Source of the DNA: Eledone cirrhosa
Lineage: Eukaryota
Direction: 5' to 3'
Assembly (NCBI GenBank): GCA_964016885.1
Contig: OZ024742.1
Span: forward strand, 201,872,001-201,936,000
Length of the DNA stretch: 64,000 nt
Under the pieces are notes generated by a model. The model saw only the letters and a program-made list of their open reading frames with translations. It did no database searches and was not told the origin of the DNA. Within the stretch, counting starts at the first letter, position 1; the number at the start of each line of letters is the position of its first letter. The translations under genes and the position numbers were made by a program. This document shows positions 1 to 13,480 of the stretch, one piece after another.

Positions 1-1752
1 GACTTTAGCTAACTGTAAAGCCTTAACAATCCACCCATGAGGTACACTATCAAATGCTCTTTGATAGTCCAGCCACACCACAGTCATGTTTCTCTGATTC
101 TTTGTTGTTTTTTCTTGTATCATGTTATTAGTTGCAACCCCACACCTCCCTCTTTCCACCAGCCTGCTAAGGTGTTATGATGTTGTTGGTAGCACAGTGA
201 TCCTGTAAGAACAGGTTAAGGCACCCATTATATAATTTATACATGATGTTTTGGCAGGCTATTGGGCGGTAAGTTTTAGTAAGGGTGGTTTGGTTATTTG
301 GGGAATGAGGAGAGTAGTGGCAGTTGATAACCATCTGGGAATTTCTTGTGTGCCTATAATGGTTTCTGTAAACAGCCGTATGAGACCTTGTCGATAGAAA
401 GTGAAATTCTTCAGTCAGTATCCTGTAATGAGGTCTGGGCCTGGTGATTTCCTATTCGACATTTTCTTGTAGAGCTGTTTCCAGTATTGACCCATCTATG
501 TCATATTGTTTGTCTGGTCATGTTGGCAGTAGTCTTGTTCCAGTTCTTTAGCCAATTAGTTTGTCTGTTGAATCCGTCATCCGTTTCCCATACAGATCTC
601 CAGTAGCTCTCAACCTGTTCTTTTGAAGGGGTGTCATTTACAGAGATTGAGCTTTTGCCACCGAAGCTGCGATAAACGATTAGAATCTCTGCCAAACTAT
701 CTATTTAGCACTTGTCGTTTATGTGCTGTTGACTTATATTTTAGTCTTTCTGTTGTAGCTGTGAGTTGTTGTTTCAACTGGTGTAATTTGGAGTTTAAAG
801 TTTTACATTTTGTATCTCCAAATCGTCTCTCTAACTTTTCTTTAGGTCTTCCTGGTGTCGTGTGAAGTTTCTCTCTATGTTGCATTTCATAACGACTGCG
901 GTGTGTGAGATACTTCGTCTCAGGGACAAAATTTTGCTTTTTAAATTTCGCATCCACGCTGGTTCAGGCTTTTTGTTTGTATCTTGATTGCGTGGTTTTA
1001 GATGTTTGTTATATGATAGCATGTGACATCTGAAACATATAACAAAATGTTAAGCGTTTCAAATGTCGTTTCTACACCTTTAGATCGTATAGCCTTCAGA
1101 TAATTTTCAGCTATTTCGTTCACCGCTTCCAATTCCAATTTAGTAGGTTCTTTACTGATTCTGGTGTTGTATGGTCTGTTACTCACATTAAGGCTGTGTA
1201 TCTCTTGAAACATATCGTCCCAAATCACTTGTAAGGTGTCCACAAGTTTTTGGTGTTCTGCTTGTACAGTAGAGTCATGAATTTCAGCCTCGTTGTTGAT
1301 GTGGTGACAATTACTACTAGAGTTAGCTGACCTTTCTCGCTGTTCTTCAGTGGAAGTGGGATGGATTTCAGCACAATTGTTAGTGAGCTGTTCACTGTTA
1401 GATTTAGCTGGCCATTCTCTTTGTCTGTCAGTGGAGGTGGGGTGGTTGTCTACAAGGGCTGTATTTGTAGTATAAGTCAATTCCGTTGTATATTTCTTTA
1501 TAAATGAAATATAACAACGTTGCATTTATATGTTAAAGTGTATGTATCGTTCATATATCATAAGTGTATGTATCGTTCATATAAATAGGTGGTTTACAAC
1601 ACACTTACAGTTCAAACACTTATGTAGAATTATTGTATGTAATCTTACCGCGTAATGTAGCTCAACTTTTTCCAATATATGGTATGTTGCTTTCATGTAA
1701 GCCGTAATTACACACGTCCGATTATCGGACACTGACCACAGCGGTCGCCATT
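1..1752 (-). mobile_element. 5' half of R4/Dong-like non-LTR retrotransposon, family A (degenerate)
   Basis: Frameshifted N-terminal and RT-domain pieces (KEQVESYWRSVWE, KSPGPDLITGY, YRPIACQNIMYKL). The 5' end abuts (TACA)n. Confidence 0.85.
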
Positions 1753-1863
1753 GTATGTATGTATGATTGTATTTATGTATGTATGTGGGTATTATGTAAG
1801 TATGTATATGTATATATATATATATATATATGTGTATGTATGTATATATGTATGCATATGTAT

Positions 1864-3192
1864 GTTCTTCTGGTTTTACAATTTCACAAATCTGTTCCCA
1901 ATAGAGAGAGAGAGTCGGTTTCTAATATAGTTACAAGACTCTCTCATTGGAATTTACACATCAACTAGGTAGATTATGTATGCATGCATGGATGCATGTG
2001 TAGATATGGATGTTATTGCATGCGTGGATGTGGATGTTTTGAGTTGTATGTGTGCATGTGTATATGCTTTGTAACTGTACATGTGTATATGCAGTTATTG
2101 GATACACATTTTTTGGAATGTTTTACATATTTTTACTGTTCCATTAATGGATTGTATTTGTAATTTCCTAACTAGTTGTGTTCTATCTGTTCCTGTGAAG
2201 CCTAGCTTCTCACGATTTGTATTGAGGCAGTTACTAACATACCCCAGTGCCCAAATAATCACAGTCATAAATCTGAAGGTGTAATCAGGGTGGAGTATCT
2301 GCAGATTTCTCATTAGTTCTGCATAAATATTCTCCTTTTCGCTAATCTTTGATATTATATTGGCATCTGCTGGGCAGCTAATTTCCACTACTGTGCATGC
2401 TTTCTTCCCCCCTGTCCCATATCATAATATTTGGTCTGTTATGCCTGCATTTTATTGGGGTCTTTACTGGAACATTCCACCAGTACTCTTTCATAATATG
2501 TACGTGGATGTCTTCCATATTGCTGTAGCTTTTAATGTGTTTATTATCGGAGCTATCTTTTTCACAGACTGCATTGTACAGTGTTTTGGCCCCTACATCA
2601 TGCTTCATAGGTAGATAGTACCGCGATGACATCTTTGGACAGCTGCTGATGACATGGGTGATATCCTCGATGTTAGTTCTGCAGAGTCTGCACTTGTTAT
2701 CACATCTAGGTGTTAAGCCTGTATCCCTATCTGTTTTGTGAATCAGGTATTTCGTGTTAATCTCCTGTTCTTGGAGTGCAAAAGCGTATCCTTCAAAGTG
2801 GGAGCCAATATAACGGTTGTTGGTCCAAGATAGACTACTTTCCTTATCTATATTACTCTCACTCTGGAGCTTCCTGGCAACATATCCATGCATGATTTTT
2901 TGCCGATAAGCATACAGTTTTTCATCCATGGATTTACTGCGATACTGCTGAGCGACATCCCTGGGTGTGAGTTTTTGATTATCACACAGGGAATATCTCT
3001 CAAGGAGTTCCTTCCCAACTCTCATAATCTTATGTTTCATGCAGATAGACTTGCTCGAGAGACGGGCTCCTACGCTTCGAGGTTCGTAGATGTTGTCGGA
3101 GTGATATGGTGCGACATTTAAATGTCGTCTGGACTGATATTAGGCATCTGCCTCCCTGCTTACGTTTCAAGTAAAGGCGGTCTATGTCACGT
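1864..3192 (-). mobile_element. 5'-truncated R4/Dong-like RLE retrotransposon, family B (pseudogene)
   Basis: DRLYLKRKQGGR, CCHC zinc knuckle CRLCRTNIEDITHVISSC, RLE motif HNRPNIMIWD...EISCP. Frameshifted. The 3' UTR runs into (TACA)n. Confidence 0.9.
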
Positions 3193-3319
3193 TGATATGT
3201 ATGTATGTAAGTATGTATCTATGTATGTATATATGTATATATATATGTATATATGTATGTATGTTGTTCTGGGTTTATAATTTCACAAATTTTTGCAAAT
3301 ATGTATGTATGTATGTATG

Positions 3320-6300
3320 TTTTATTTATTTATTTCTCTTAATTTCGAGTATATATTTTTTGACCGGCCACCTTCCTCGTGGCAAGGTTGTAAAAGAAAA
3401 GAAATTGTCATCCCTTGAATCGCAAGAATGTTTTGCAAATTTTGAAGGTGCCAGCTATCGCAGCCATTTGTAGACTATGAATTAGGGAGCTGCGCTTTTT
3501 GTCCGCAAATCCAAGTTCAGTCATACTTTGGTTCAAGCGGGTTGGTATATAACCCGTACGCTCCAATAATGAGGGGTATGAAGCTAAAGGTGTATCTTGG
3601 ATACTGGATTTGTAAACTCATCATTAATGGTCCGTAGATGTCCTCCTTCTCCTGTATTTTTCTGACAACATTTACATCGAGTGGGCAGCTGATCTCCACA
3701 ACAGAACACGTTTTCAATGTGTGGTCCCAAACAACAATATCAGGCCGGTTGTGCTTTAATTTGGTGGCAGTTTTGATTTTCAGGTTCCGCCAGTATTCCT
3801 TAGTGCCATCTGTCTCAATATATTCTTCCTCGTTTGTTGTTAATTTTGTTTTCCGAAGTGCGTTCCAGATGGTTCGAGCTATCCCATCGTGCCTCATGGC
3901 GAGGTAGTAGCGAGATGACATTCTTTCGCAGCTGGCAACAATGTGGCTTACATACTCGATCATTGTTTTACATAGCCTATATTTATTGTCAGCTGCTGGC
4001 CCTCCTATTTTGTGGAGCAGATATTTGTTAGGGAGTTCTTGTTCCTGTATTGCATAGAGATATCCCTCAAGGTGTGATGTCATAAACTTGTCGGAACTCA
4101 ATGCCAGGCTTTTTGAGTGGTTTATTCCCTCTATGGTCTGTGTTTTACGCCTCAAGTATCCATGCACAACTTTTTCTGTAAATTGGTCAATTTTTTTAAT
4201 CTTGTTTGAACATTGAATAGGATCTTCCGATTTCTCTGGGTGAGAGATTTATATCAGGCTTTATTCCATATCTCTCCTCCAGATCAGTGGCTATTCTAGT
4301 GATTTTTTTTTCATGCTCATAAATCTGGGCAAGATGGTTGCCAACCTTTTTCCTCTGTTGTAAGGTGTTGTTCAGTGTTACTATCCGGGTCTCATATGTT
4401 GTTAATATTGATTTTAGACCCCGGCCACCTTCCTTGCGTGAGAAGTATAGCCTATCCACATCACCATTGATGTTAAAGTTCCCAGTAACACTGAGAAGTT
4501 TGCGAGTTCTAGCATCCATCTCACTTAGTTCTTGCAATGACCAGTTCAGCACCTGACTGTAGAGATTGTATTGTCAGGCCATTCATCTCCAGATTTCTAG
4601 AGGAGGGCACAGCTCTTCCACGTTTTACTGCCAAATATGCACACTTGGACTCACCAAATTTCATTTTGATGTCGGTTGAAAATTGTGTAATGAGGTCCAA
4701 TTGTTTCTTGATGTCATTTATATTTGGCCCATACAACTTCAGGTCATCAATAAAGAAAAGATGGGAGATACTTCTGGGCCCACTTCTTTGTCCACCTTGT
4801 TTCCTGAGTAGGTAAGATAGTGGATTTAGTGAGAGAACAAAGAGTAGCACTGACAAGCTATCACCCTGAAAGATGCCCTTCTGGTAATGTATCTTATCAG
4901 TCTTAACTTGCTCCTTCTCACCTCTAAGGATAACATTGGTGTACCAGTTCTTGGTCAGACGTTCAACAGCAGCTACCAGTGGTTGTGGGACTTTAGCTAA
5001 CTGTAAAGCCTTAACAATCCACCCATGAGGTACACTATCAAATGCTCTTTGATAGTCCAGCCACACCACAGTCATGTTTCTCTGATTCTTTGTTGTTTTT
5101 TCTTGTATCATGTTATTAGTTGCAACCCCACACCTCCCTCTTTCCACCAGCCTGCTAAGGTGTTATGATGTTGTTGGTAGCACAGTGATCCTGTAAGAAC
5201 AGGTTAAGGCACCCATTATATAATTTATACATGATGTTTTGGCAGGCTATTGGGCGGTAAGTTTTAGTAAGGGTGGTTTGGTTATTTGGGGAATGAGGAG
5301 AGTAGTGGCAGTTGATAACCATCTGGGAATTTCTTGTGTGCCTATAATGGTTTCTGTAAACAGCCGTATGAGACCTTGTCGATAGAAAGTGAAATTCTTC
5401 AGTCAGTATCCTGTAATGAGGTCTGGGCCTGGTGATTTCCTATTCGACATTTTCTTGTAGAGCTGTTTCCAGTATTGACCCATCTATGTCATATTGTTTG
5501 TCTGGTCATGTTGGCAGTAGTCTTGTTCCAGTTCTTTAGCCAATTAGTTTGTCTGTTGAATCCGTCATCCGTTTCCCATACAGATCTCCAGTAGCTCTCA
5601 ACCTGTTCTTTTGAAGGGGTGTCATTTACAGAGATTGAGCTTTTGCCACCGAAGCTGCGATAAACGATTAGAATCTCTGCCAAACTATCTATTTAGCACT
5701 TGTCGTTTATGTGCTGTTGACTTATATTTTAGTCTTTCTGTTGTAGCTGTGAGTTGTTGTTTCAACTGGTGTAATTTGGAGTTTAAAGTTTTACATTTTG
5801 TATCTCCAAATCGTCTCTCTAACTTTTCTTTAGGTCTTCCTGGTGTCGTGTGAAGTTTCTCTCTATGTTGCATTTCATAACGACTGCGGTGTGTGAGATA
5901 CTTCGTCTCAGGGACAAAATTTTGCTTTTTAAATTTCGCATCCACGCTGGTTCAGGCTTTTTGTTTGTATCTTGATTGCGTGGTTTTAGATGTTTGTTAT
6001 ATGATAGCATGTGACATCTGAAACATATAACAAAATGTTAAGCGTTTCAAATGTCGTTTCTACACCTTTAGATCGTATAGCCTTCAGATAATTTTCAGCT
6101 ATTTCGTTCACCGCTTCCAATTCCAATTTAGTAGGTTCTTTACTGATTCTGGTGTTGTATGGTCTGTTACTCACATTAAGGCTGTGTATCTCTTGAAACA
6201 TATCGTCCCAAATCACTTGTAAGGTGTCCACAAGTTTTTGGTGTTCTGCTTGTACAGTAGAGTCATGAATTTCAGCCTCGTTGTTGATGTGGTGACAATT

Positions 6301-6740
6301 ACTACTAGAGTTAGCTGACCTTTCTCGCTGTTCTTCAGTGGAAGTGGGATGGATTTCAGCACAATTGTTAGTGAGCTGTTCACTGTTAGATTTAGCTGGC
6401 CATTCTCTTTGTCTGTCAGTGGAGGTGGGGTGGTTGTCTACAAGGGCTGTATTTGTAGTATAAGTCAATTCCGTTGTATATTTCTTTATAAATGAAATAT
6501 AACAACGTTGCATTTATATGTTAAAGTGTATGTATCGTTCATATATCATAAGTGTATGTATCGTTCATATAAATAGGTGGTTTACAACACACTTACAGTT
6601 CAAACACTTATGTAGAATTATTGTATGTAATCTTACCGCGTAATGTAGCTCAACTTTTTCCAATATATGGTATGTTGCTTTCATGTAAGCCGTAATTACA
6701 CACGTCCGATTATCGGACACTGACCACAGCGGTCGCCATT
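3320..6740 (-). mobile_element. Near-complete but disrupted R4/Dong-like retrotransposon, family A (chimeric copy spanning the duplication junction)
   Basis: RT motifs WLDYQRAFDSVPH, GIFQGDSLS, HLFFIDDLK; degenerate CCHC; RLE HNRPDIVVWD..EISCP..K. Frameshifts, plus an internal deletion near 4550. Confidence 0.92.
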
Positions 6741-6851
6741 GTATGTATGTATGATTGTATTTATGTATGTATGTGGGTATTATGTAAGTATGTATATGTA
6801 TATATATATATATATATATGTGTATGTATGTATATATGTATGCATATGTAT

Positions 6852-8180
6852 GTTCTTCTGGTTTTACAATTTCACAAATCTGTTCCCAATAGAGAGAGAG
6901 AGTCGGTTTCTAATATAGTTACAAGACTCTCTCATTGGAATTTACACATCAACTAGGTAGATTATGTATGCATGCATGGATGCATGTGTAGATATGGATG
7001 TTATTGCATGCGTGGATGTGGATGTTTTGAGTTGTATGTGTGCATGTGTATATGCTTTGTAACTGTACATGTGTATATGCAGTTATTGGATACACATTTT
7101 TTGGAATGTTTTACATATTTTTACTGTTCCATTAATGGATTGTATTTGTAATTTCCTAACTAGTTGTGTTCTATCTGTTCCTGTGAAGCCTAGCTTCTCA
7201 CGATTTGTATTGAGGCAGTTACTAACATACCCCAGTGCCCAAATAATCACAGTCATAAATCTGAAGGTGTAATCAGGGTGGAGTATCTGCAGATTTCTCA
7301 TTAGTTCTGCATAAATATTCTCCTTTTCGCTAATCTTTGATATTATATTGGCATCTGCTGGGCAGCTAATTTCCACTACTGTGCATGCTTTCTTCCCCCC
7401 TGTCCCATATCATAATATTTGGTCTGTTATGCCTGCATTTTATTGGGGTCTTTACTGGAACATTCCACCAGTACTCTTTCATAATATGTACGTGGATGTC
7501 TTCCATATTGCTGTAGCTTTTAATGTGTTTATTATCGGAGCTATCTTTTTCACAGACTGCATTGTACAGTGTTTTGGCCCCTACATCATGCTTCATAGGT
7601 AGATAGTACCGCGATGACATCTTTGGACAGCTGCTGATGACATGGGTGATATCCTCGATGTTAGTTCTGCAGAGTCTGCACTTGTTATCACATCTAGGTG
7701 TTAAGCCTGTATCCCTATCTGTTTTGTGAATCAGGTATTTCGTGTTAATCTCCTGTTCTTGGAGTGCAAAAGCGTATCCTTCAAAGTGGGAGCCAATATA
7801 ACGGTTGTTGGTCCAAGATAGACTACTTTCCTTATCTATATTACTCTCACTCTGGAGCTTCCTGGCAACATATCCATGCATGATTTTTTGCCGATAAGCA
7901 TACAGTTTTTCATCCATGGATTTACTGCGATACTGCTGAGCGACATCCCTGGGTGTGAGTTTTTGATTATCACACAGGGAATATCTCTCAAGGAGTTCCT
8001 TCCCAACTCTCATAATCTTATGTTTCATGCAGATAGACTTGCTCGAGAGACGGGCTCCTACGCTTCGAGGTTCGTAGATGTTGTCGGAGTGATATGGTGC
8101 GACATTTAAATGTCGTCTGGACTGATATTAGGCATCTGCCTCCCTGCTTACGTTTCAAGTAAAGGCGGTCTATGTCACGT
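6852..8180 (-). mobile_element. Duplicate of the family B R4/Dong-like fragment
   Basis: Identical ORFs to 1864-3192 at +4988. Confidence 0.9.
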
Positions 8181-8307
8181 TGATATGTATGTATGTAAGT
8201 ATGTATCTATGTATGTATATATGTATATATATATGTATATATGTATGTATGTTGTTCTGGGTTTATAATTTCACAAATTTTTGCAAATATGTATGTATGT
8301 ATGTATG

Positions 8308-10972
8308 TTTTATTTATTTATTTCTCTTAATTTCGAGTATATATTTTTTGACCGGCCACCTTCCTCGTGGCAAGGTTGTAAAAGAAAAGAAATTGTCATC
8401 CCTTGAATCGCAAGAATGTTTTGCAAATTTTGAAGGTGCCAGCTATCGCAGCCATTTGTAGACTATGAATTAGGGAGCTGCGCTTTTTGTCCGCAAATCC
8501 AAGTTCAGTCATACTTTGGTTCAAGCGGGTTGGTATATAACCCGTACGCTCCAATAATGAGGGGTATGAAGCTAAAGGTGTATCTTGGATACTGGATTTG
8601 TAAACTCATCATTAATGGTCCGTAGATGTCCTCCTTCTCCTGTATTTTTCTGACAACATTTACATCGAGTGGGCAGCTGATCTCCACAACAGAACACGTT
8701 TTCAATGTGTGGTCCCAAACAACAATATCAGGCCGGTTGTGCTTTAATTTGGTGGCAGTTTTGATTTTCAGGTTCCGCCAGTATTCCTTAGTGCCATCTG
8801 TCTCAATATATTCTTCCTCGTTTGTTGTTAATTTTGTTTTCCGAAGTGCGTTCCAGATGGTTCGAGCTATCCCATCGTGCCTCATGGCGAGGTAGTAGCG
8901 AGATGACATTCTTTCGCAGCTGGCAACAATGTGGCTTACATACTCGATCATTGTTTTACATAGCCTATATTTATTGTCAGCTGCTGGCCCTCCTATTTTG
9001 TGGAGCAGATATTTGTTAGGGAGTTCTTGTTCCTGTATTGCATAGAGATATCCCTCAAGGTGTGATGTCATAAATTTGTCGGAACTCAATGCCAGGCTTT
9101 TTGAGTGGTTTATTCCCTCTATGGTCTGTGTTTTACGCCTCAAGTATCCATGCACAACTTTTTCTGTAAATTGGTCAATTTTTTTAATCTTGTTTGAACA
9201 TTGAATAGGATCTTCCGATTTCTCTGGGTGAGAGATTTATATCAGGCTTTATTCCATATCTCTCCTCCAGATCAGTGGCTATTCTAGTGATTTTTTTTTC
9301 ATGCTCATAAATCTGGGCAAGATGGTTGCCAACCTTTTTCCTCTGTTGTAAGGTGTTGTTCAGTGTTACTATCCGGGTCTCATATGTTGTTAATATTGAT
9401 TTTAGACCCCGGCCACCTTCCTTGCGTGAGAAGTATAGCCTATCCACATCACCATTGATGTTAAAGTTCCCAGTAACACTGAGAAGTTTGCGAGTTCTAG
9501 CATCCATCTCACTTAGTTCTTGCAATGACCAGTTCAGCACCTGACTGTAGAGATTGTATTGTCAGGCCATTCATCTCCAGATTTCTAGAGGAGGGCACAG
9601 CTCTTCCACGTTTTACTGCCAAATATGCACACTTGGACTCACCAAATTTCATTTTGATGTCGGTTGAAAATTGTGTAATGAGGTCCAATTGTTTCTTGAT
9701 GTCATTTATATTTGGCCCATACAACTTCAGGTCATCAATAAAGAAAAGATGGGAGATACTTCTGGGCCCACTTCTTTGTCCACCTTGTTTCCTGAGTAGG
9801 TAAGATAGTGGATTCAGTGAGAGAACGAAGAGTAGTACTGACAAGCTATCACCCTGAAAGATGCCCTTCTGGTAATGTATCTTATCAGTCTTAACTTGCT
9901 CCTTCTCACCTCTAAGGATCAAATTGGTGTACCAGTTCTTGGTCAGGCGTTCAACAGCAGCTACTAATGGTTGTGGGACTTTAGCTAACTGTACAGCCTT
10001 AATAATCCACCCATGAGGTACACTATCAAATGCTTTTTGATAGTCCAGCCACACCACAGTCACGTTTCTGCGATTCTTTGTTGTTTTTCCTGAATCATTT
10101 TGTTAGTTAGTAGGTGATCTATGCAACCCCACACCTCCCTCTTTCCACCAGCTTACTCAGGTGTTATGATATTGTTGGTAGCTCAGTGATTCTGTAAGAA
10201 CAGGTTAAGGCACCCAGTATATAATTTATACATGATGTTTTGGCAGGCCATTGGGCGGTAATTTTTAGTAAGGGTGGTTTGGCTATTTGGGGGAATGAGG
10301 AGAGTAGTGGCAGTTGATAACCATCTGGGCAGTTCTTGTGTGCCTTTAATGGTTTCTGTAAACAGCCGTATGAGATCTAGCCGATAGAAAGTGAAATTCT
10401 TCAACCAGTATCCTGTAATGAGGTCTGGGCCTGGTGATTTCCTATTCGACATTTTCTGTAGAACTGTTTCCAGTTTGACCCATCTATGTCATACTGTTTT
10501 GTCTGGATATGTTGGCAGTAGTCCTGTTCCAGTTCTTTTAGCCAATTAGTTTGTCTGTTGAATCCGTCATCCGTTTCCCATACAGATCTCCAGTAGCTCT
10601 CAACCTGTTCTTTTGAAGGGGTGTCATTTACAGGGATTGAGCTTTTGCCACCGAAGCTGCGATAAACTGATTTAGGATCTCTGGCAAACAATCTATTTAG
10701 CCCTTGTCGTTTATGTGCTGTTGACTTATATTTTAGTCTTTCTGTTGTAGCTGTGAGTTGTTGTTTCAACTGGTGTAATTTGGAGTTCAAAGTTTTAAAT
10801 TTTGTATCTCTAAATTGTCTCTTGTTTTTAGGTCTTCCTAGTGTCGTGTGAAGTTTCTCTCTATGTTGCATTTCATAACGACTGCGATGTGTGAGATACT
10901 TCGTCTCAGGGACAAAATTTTGCTTTTTAAATTTCGCATCCACGCTGGTTCAGGCTTTCTGTTTGTATCTTG

Positions 10973-10974
<2 letters not shown>
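8308..10974 (-). mobile_element. R4/Dong-like family A copy, 5'-truncated at a (TATG)n tract
   Basis: Same RT and RLE motifs. 9815-10974 is a diverged paralogue of 4827-5976 with fewer frameshifts (ORFs 10183-10452, 10401-10943). Confidence 0.9.
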
Positions 10975-11003
<29 letters not shown>

Positions 11004-11210
11004 TGTATGTATGTATGTATGTATGTATGTATGTATGTATGTATGTATGAATGAATGTATCTATATGTGTTTTTATGTATGTATGTATGTATGTATGTAT
11101 GTATGTATGTATGTATGTATGTATGTATGTATGTATGTATGTATGAATGAATGTATCTATATGTGTTTTTATGTATGTATGTATGTACGTGTGTACGTGT
11201 GTATGTATGT
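10975..11210. repeat. (TATG)n microsatellite with an internal ~96-bp duplication
   Basis: Direct reading; ATGAATGAATGTATCTATATGTGTTTT occurs twice. Confidence 0.95.
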
Positions 11211-11730
11211 GATAAGATAAGGAACGGAAGCAAGCACCATCATCGTTATCAGCAGAACATCACAAAGGAAAAACAAAGAAAATGTCAAAAAGACGTCCAA
11301 AAGTGACAATAGAGTTTGAGACCGAGCTGGAGCAACCTTCCACCTCCAAAGAGAAGTTGAAATATTGAAATGTTATTGGAGGTCTGGATGGGGGTGATGG
11401 GGGTGGGTTGACGTGGTGTGGGTGAATTGGAATTTAAACAGTTTGCAGCTTTTTGTCTGTATGTATGTATGTGTGTTGATAGGTATGTATATATGTAGGT
11501 GTGTATGTAGGTATGTATGTATATATGTAGTTGTGTGTATGTATGTATGTAGGTATGTGTAGGTATGTATATATATATATATAGGTATGTATGTGTGTAT
11601 ATATGTAGGTATGTGCGTATGTATGTATATATGTAGGTATGTATGTGTGTATGTAGGTATGTAGGTATGTATGTGTTTATGTAGGTATGAAAGTGTGTAT
11701 GTATGTATATATGTAGGTATGTATGTGTGT

Positions 11731-12337
11731 CAGGTCACAAGTTGGTGCTACTGGTAACATGTATCCCAGTACAACCTGTCTCATGGTCGGGTCGTTGGCA
11801 ACTAAACTGGCAACCCCACCAAGGTTTCTTGGTGAGGAGGGTGACTTTGGACATCCTGCAGGACTAAAAACAAAACCAGTCAAAGGGCAAATGAGCTCTT
11901 AAGAGCCAATGGCCATCCAAAATCACCGGGAGAGATGACCCCTTAGCCTTTGACAAGGCAGAATTCTAGGAGAAGGAAAACTCTGATATAACACCTGCAA
12001 CTCTGATGGTATCCAATGATGTTGACTTGTTCTTCTTTTTGGTAAATATCATCTTGGTTAAGAGAGTGGGACTAGCTTTGTGCAGTGCCTTTGCTCACTA
12101 TAAAAGCTTCACGGCACAGGCATTGCTATATTTCTGGAGATCTCTCTGCACTTGTCGTCACATGGTACCATGGGCCCAGCACTATGTGTCAATAATTGTC
12201 ACAAGTTTAATGTTTGTACCAGAGTTTTCAAGTCGCTTGCTGGACTAAAAAGTCACATTCGTTCAGCGCATCGGTAAGGGTTCACCTACATGGATATAAA
12301 GTAATGGCCGTACTCAAAAACCAGTTGGCAGCCACCA
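11731..12337 (+). mobile_element. Non-autonomous bipartite RTE-derived element (5'UTR-like part plus 3' end)
   Basis: GGAGAAGGAAAACTCTGA RTE-type 5'UTR motif. The 3' part encodes a C2H2 finger remnant, followed by a (TATG)n tail. Confidence 0.65.
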
Positions 12338-12475
12338 TGTATGTGTGTATGTATGTATATATGTAGGTATGTATGTGTGTATGTACATATGTAGGTATGT
12401 ATGTGTGTATGTAGGTATGTAGGTATATATGTATATATGTAGGTATGTATGTATATATGTAGGTATGTATGTATG

Positions 12476-13000
12476 TGCAACCACACCAAGGTTTCTTGGT
12501 GAGGAGGGTGACTTTGGACATCCTGCAGGACTAAAAACAAAACCTGTCAAAGGGCAAAGGAGCTCTTAAGAGTCAATGGCCATCCAAAATCACCGGGAGA
12601 GATGACCCCTTAGCCTTTGTCAAGGCAGAATTCTAGGAGAAGGAAAACTCTGATATAACACCTGCAACCCTGATGGTATCCAATGATGTGGTCTTGTTCT
12701 TCTTTTTGGTAAATATCATCTTGGTTAAGAGAGTGGGACTGGCTTTGTGCAGTGCCTTTGCTCACTATAAAAGCTTCACGGCACAGGCATTGATTTATAT
12801 CTGGAGATCTCTCTGCACTTGTCGTCACATGGTGCCATGGGCCCAGCACTAGGTGCCAATAATTGTCGCAGGTGTAGTGTTTGTACCAGAGTTTTCAAGT
12901 CGCTGGCTGGACTAAAAAGTCACACTCAGCGCATCAGTAGGGGTTCTCCTACATGGATATAAAGTAGTGGCCGTACTCGAAAACGAGTTGGCAGCCATCA
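12476..13000 (+). mobile_element. Second copy of the bipartite RTE-derived element (5' truncated)
   Basis: Highly similar to 11810-12337. Confidence 0.7.
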
Positions 13001-13084
13001 TATATGTATATATATATGTATATATATATGTATATATATAAAAGACGTAAAATAAGAAAATTTTAAAAAAATTTAAAAATCAAC

Positions 13085-13106
13085 TTACTTACTAAAATTT
13101 TCATAC

Positions 13107-13140
<34 letters not shown>

Positions 13141-13424
13141 GTATGTATGTGTATATATATGTATATATATATATGTATATATGTATGTGTATGTATATGT
13201 ATATGTATGTATGTGTATGTATATGTATGTGTATATATGTATATATATATATGTATGTATATGTATCTATATATATATGTATATGTATATGTGTATATGT
13301 ATATATATACATATATATGTATATCTATGTGTGTATATTTATATATGTATATATGTATATATATTTATGTATATATATATATATGTATATATATATATCT
13401 ATATATATATGTATATATATATAA

Positions 13425-13474
<50 letters not shown>

Positions 13475-13480
13475 ATAACA
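13085..13480. repeat. (TA)n/(TATG)n microsatellite
   Basis: Direct reading. Confidence 0.95.

Larger units (their letters stand above)
1..9814. repeat. Tandem duplication with a 4988-bp period (about 2 units visible, continues left of the window)
   Basis: Position 1 GACTTTAGCTAACTG recurs at 4989. ORFs recur with identical translations at +4988 (501/5489, 2378/7366, 3517/8505). One SNP noticed (4087 C vs 9075 T). Identity breaks down from 9815. Confidence 0.97.

Noticed and set aside
623-9803. Plus-strand ORFs over the LINE cluster
   Set aside because: They are antisense shadows of the minus-strand retrotransposon frames.
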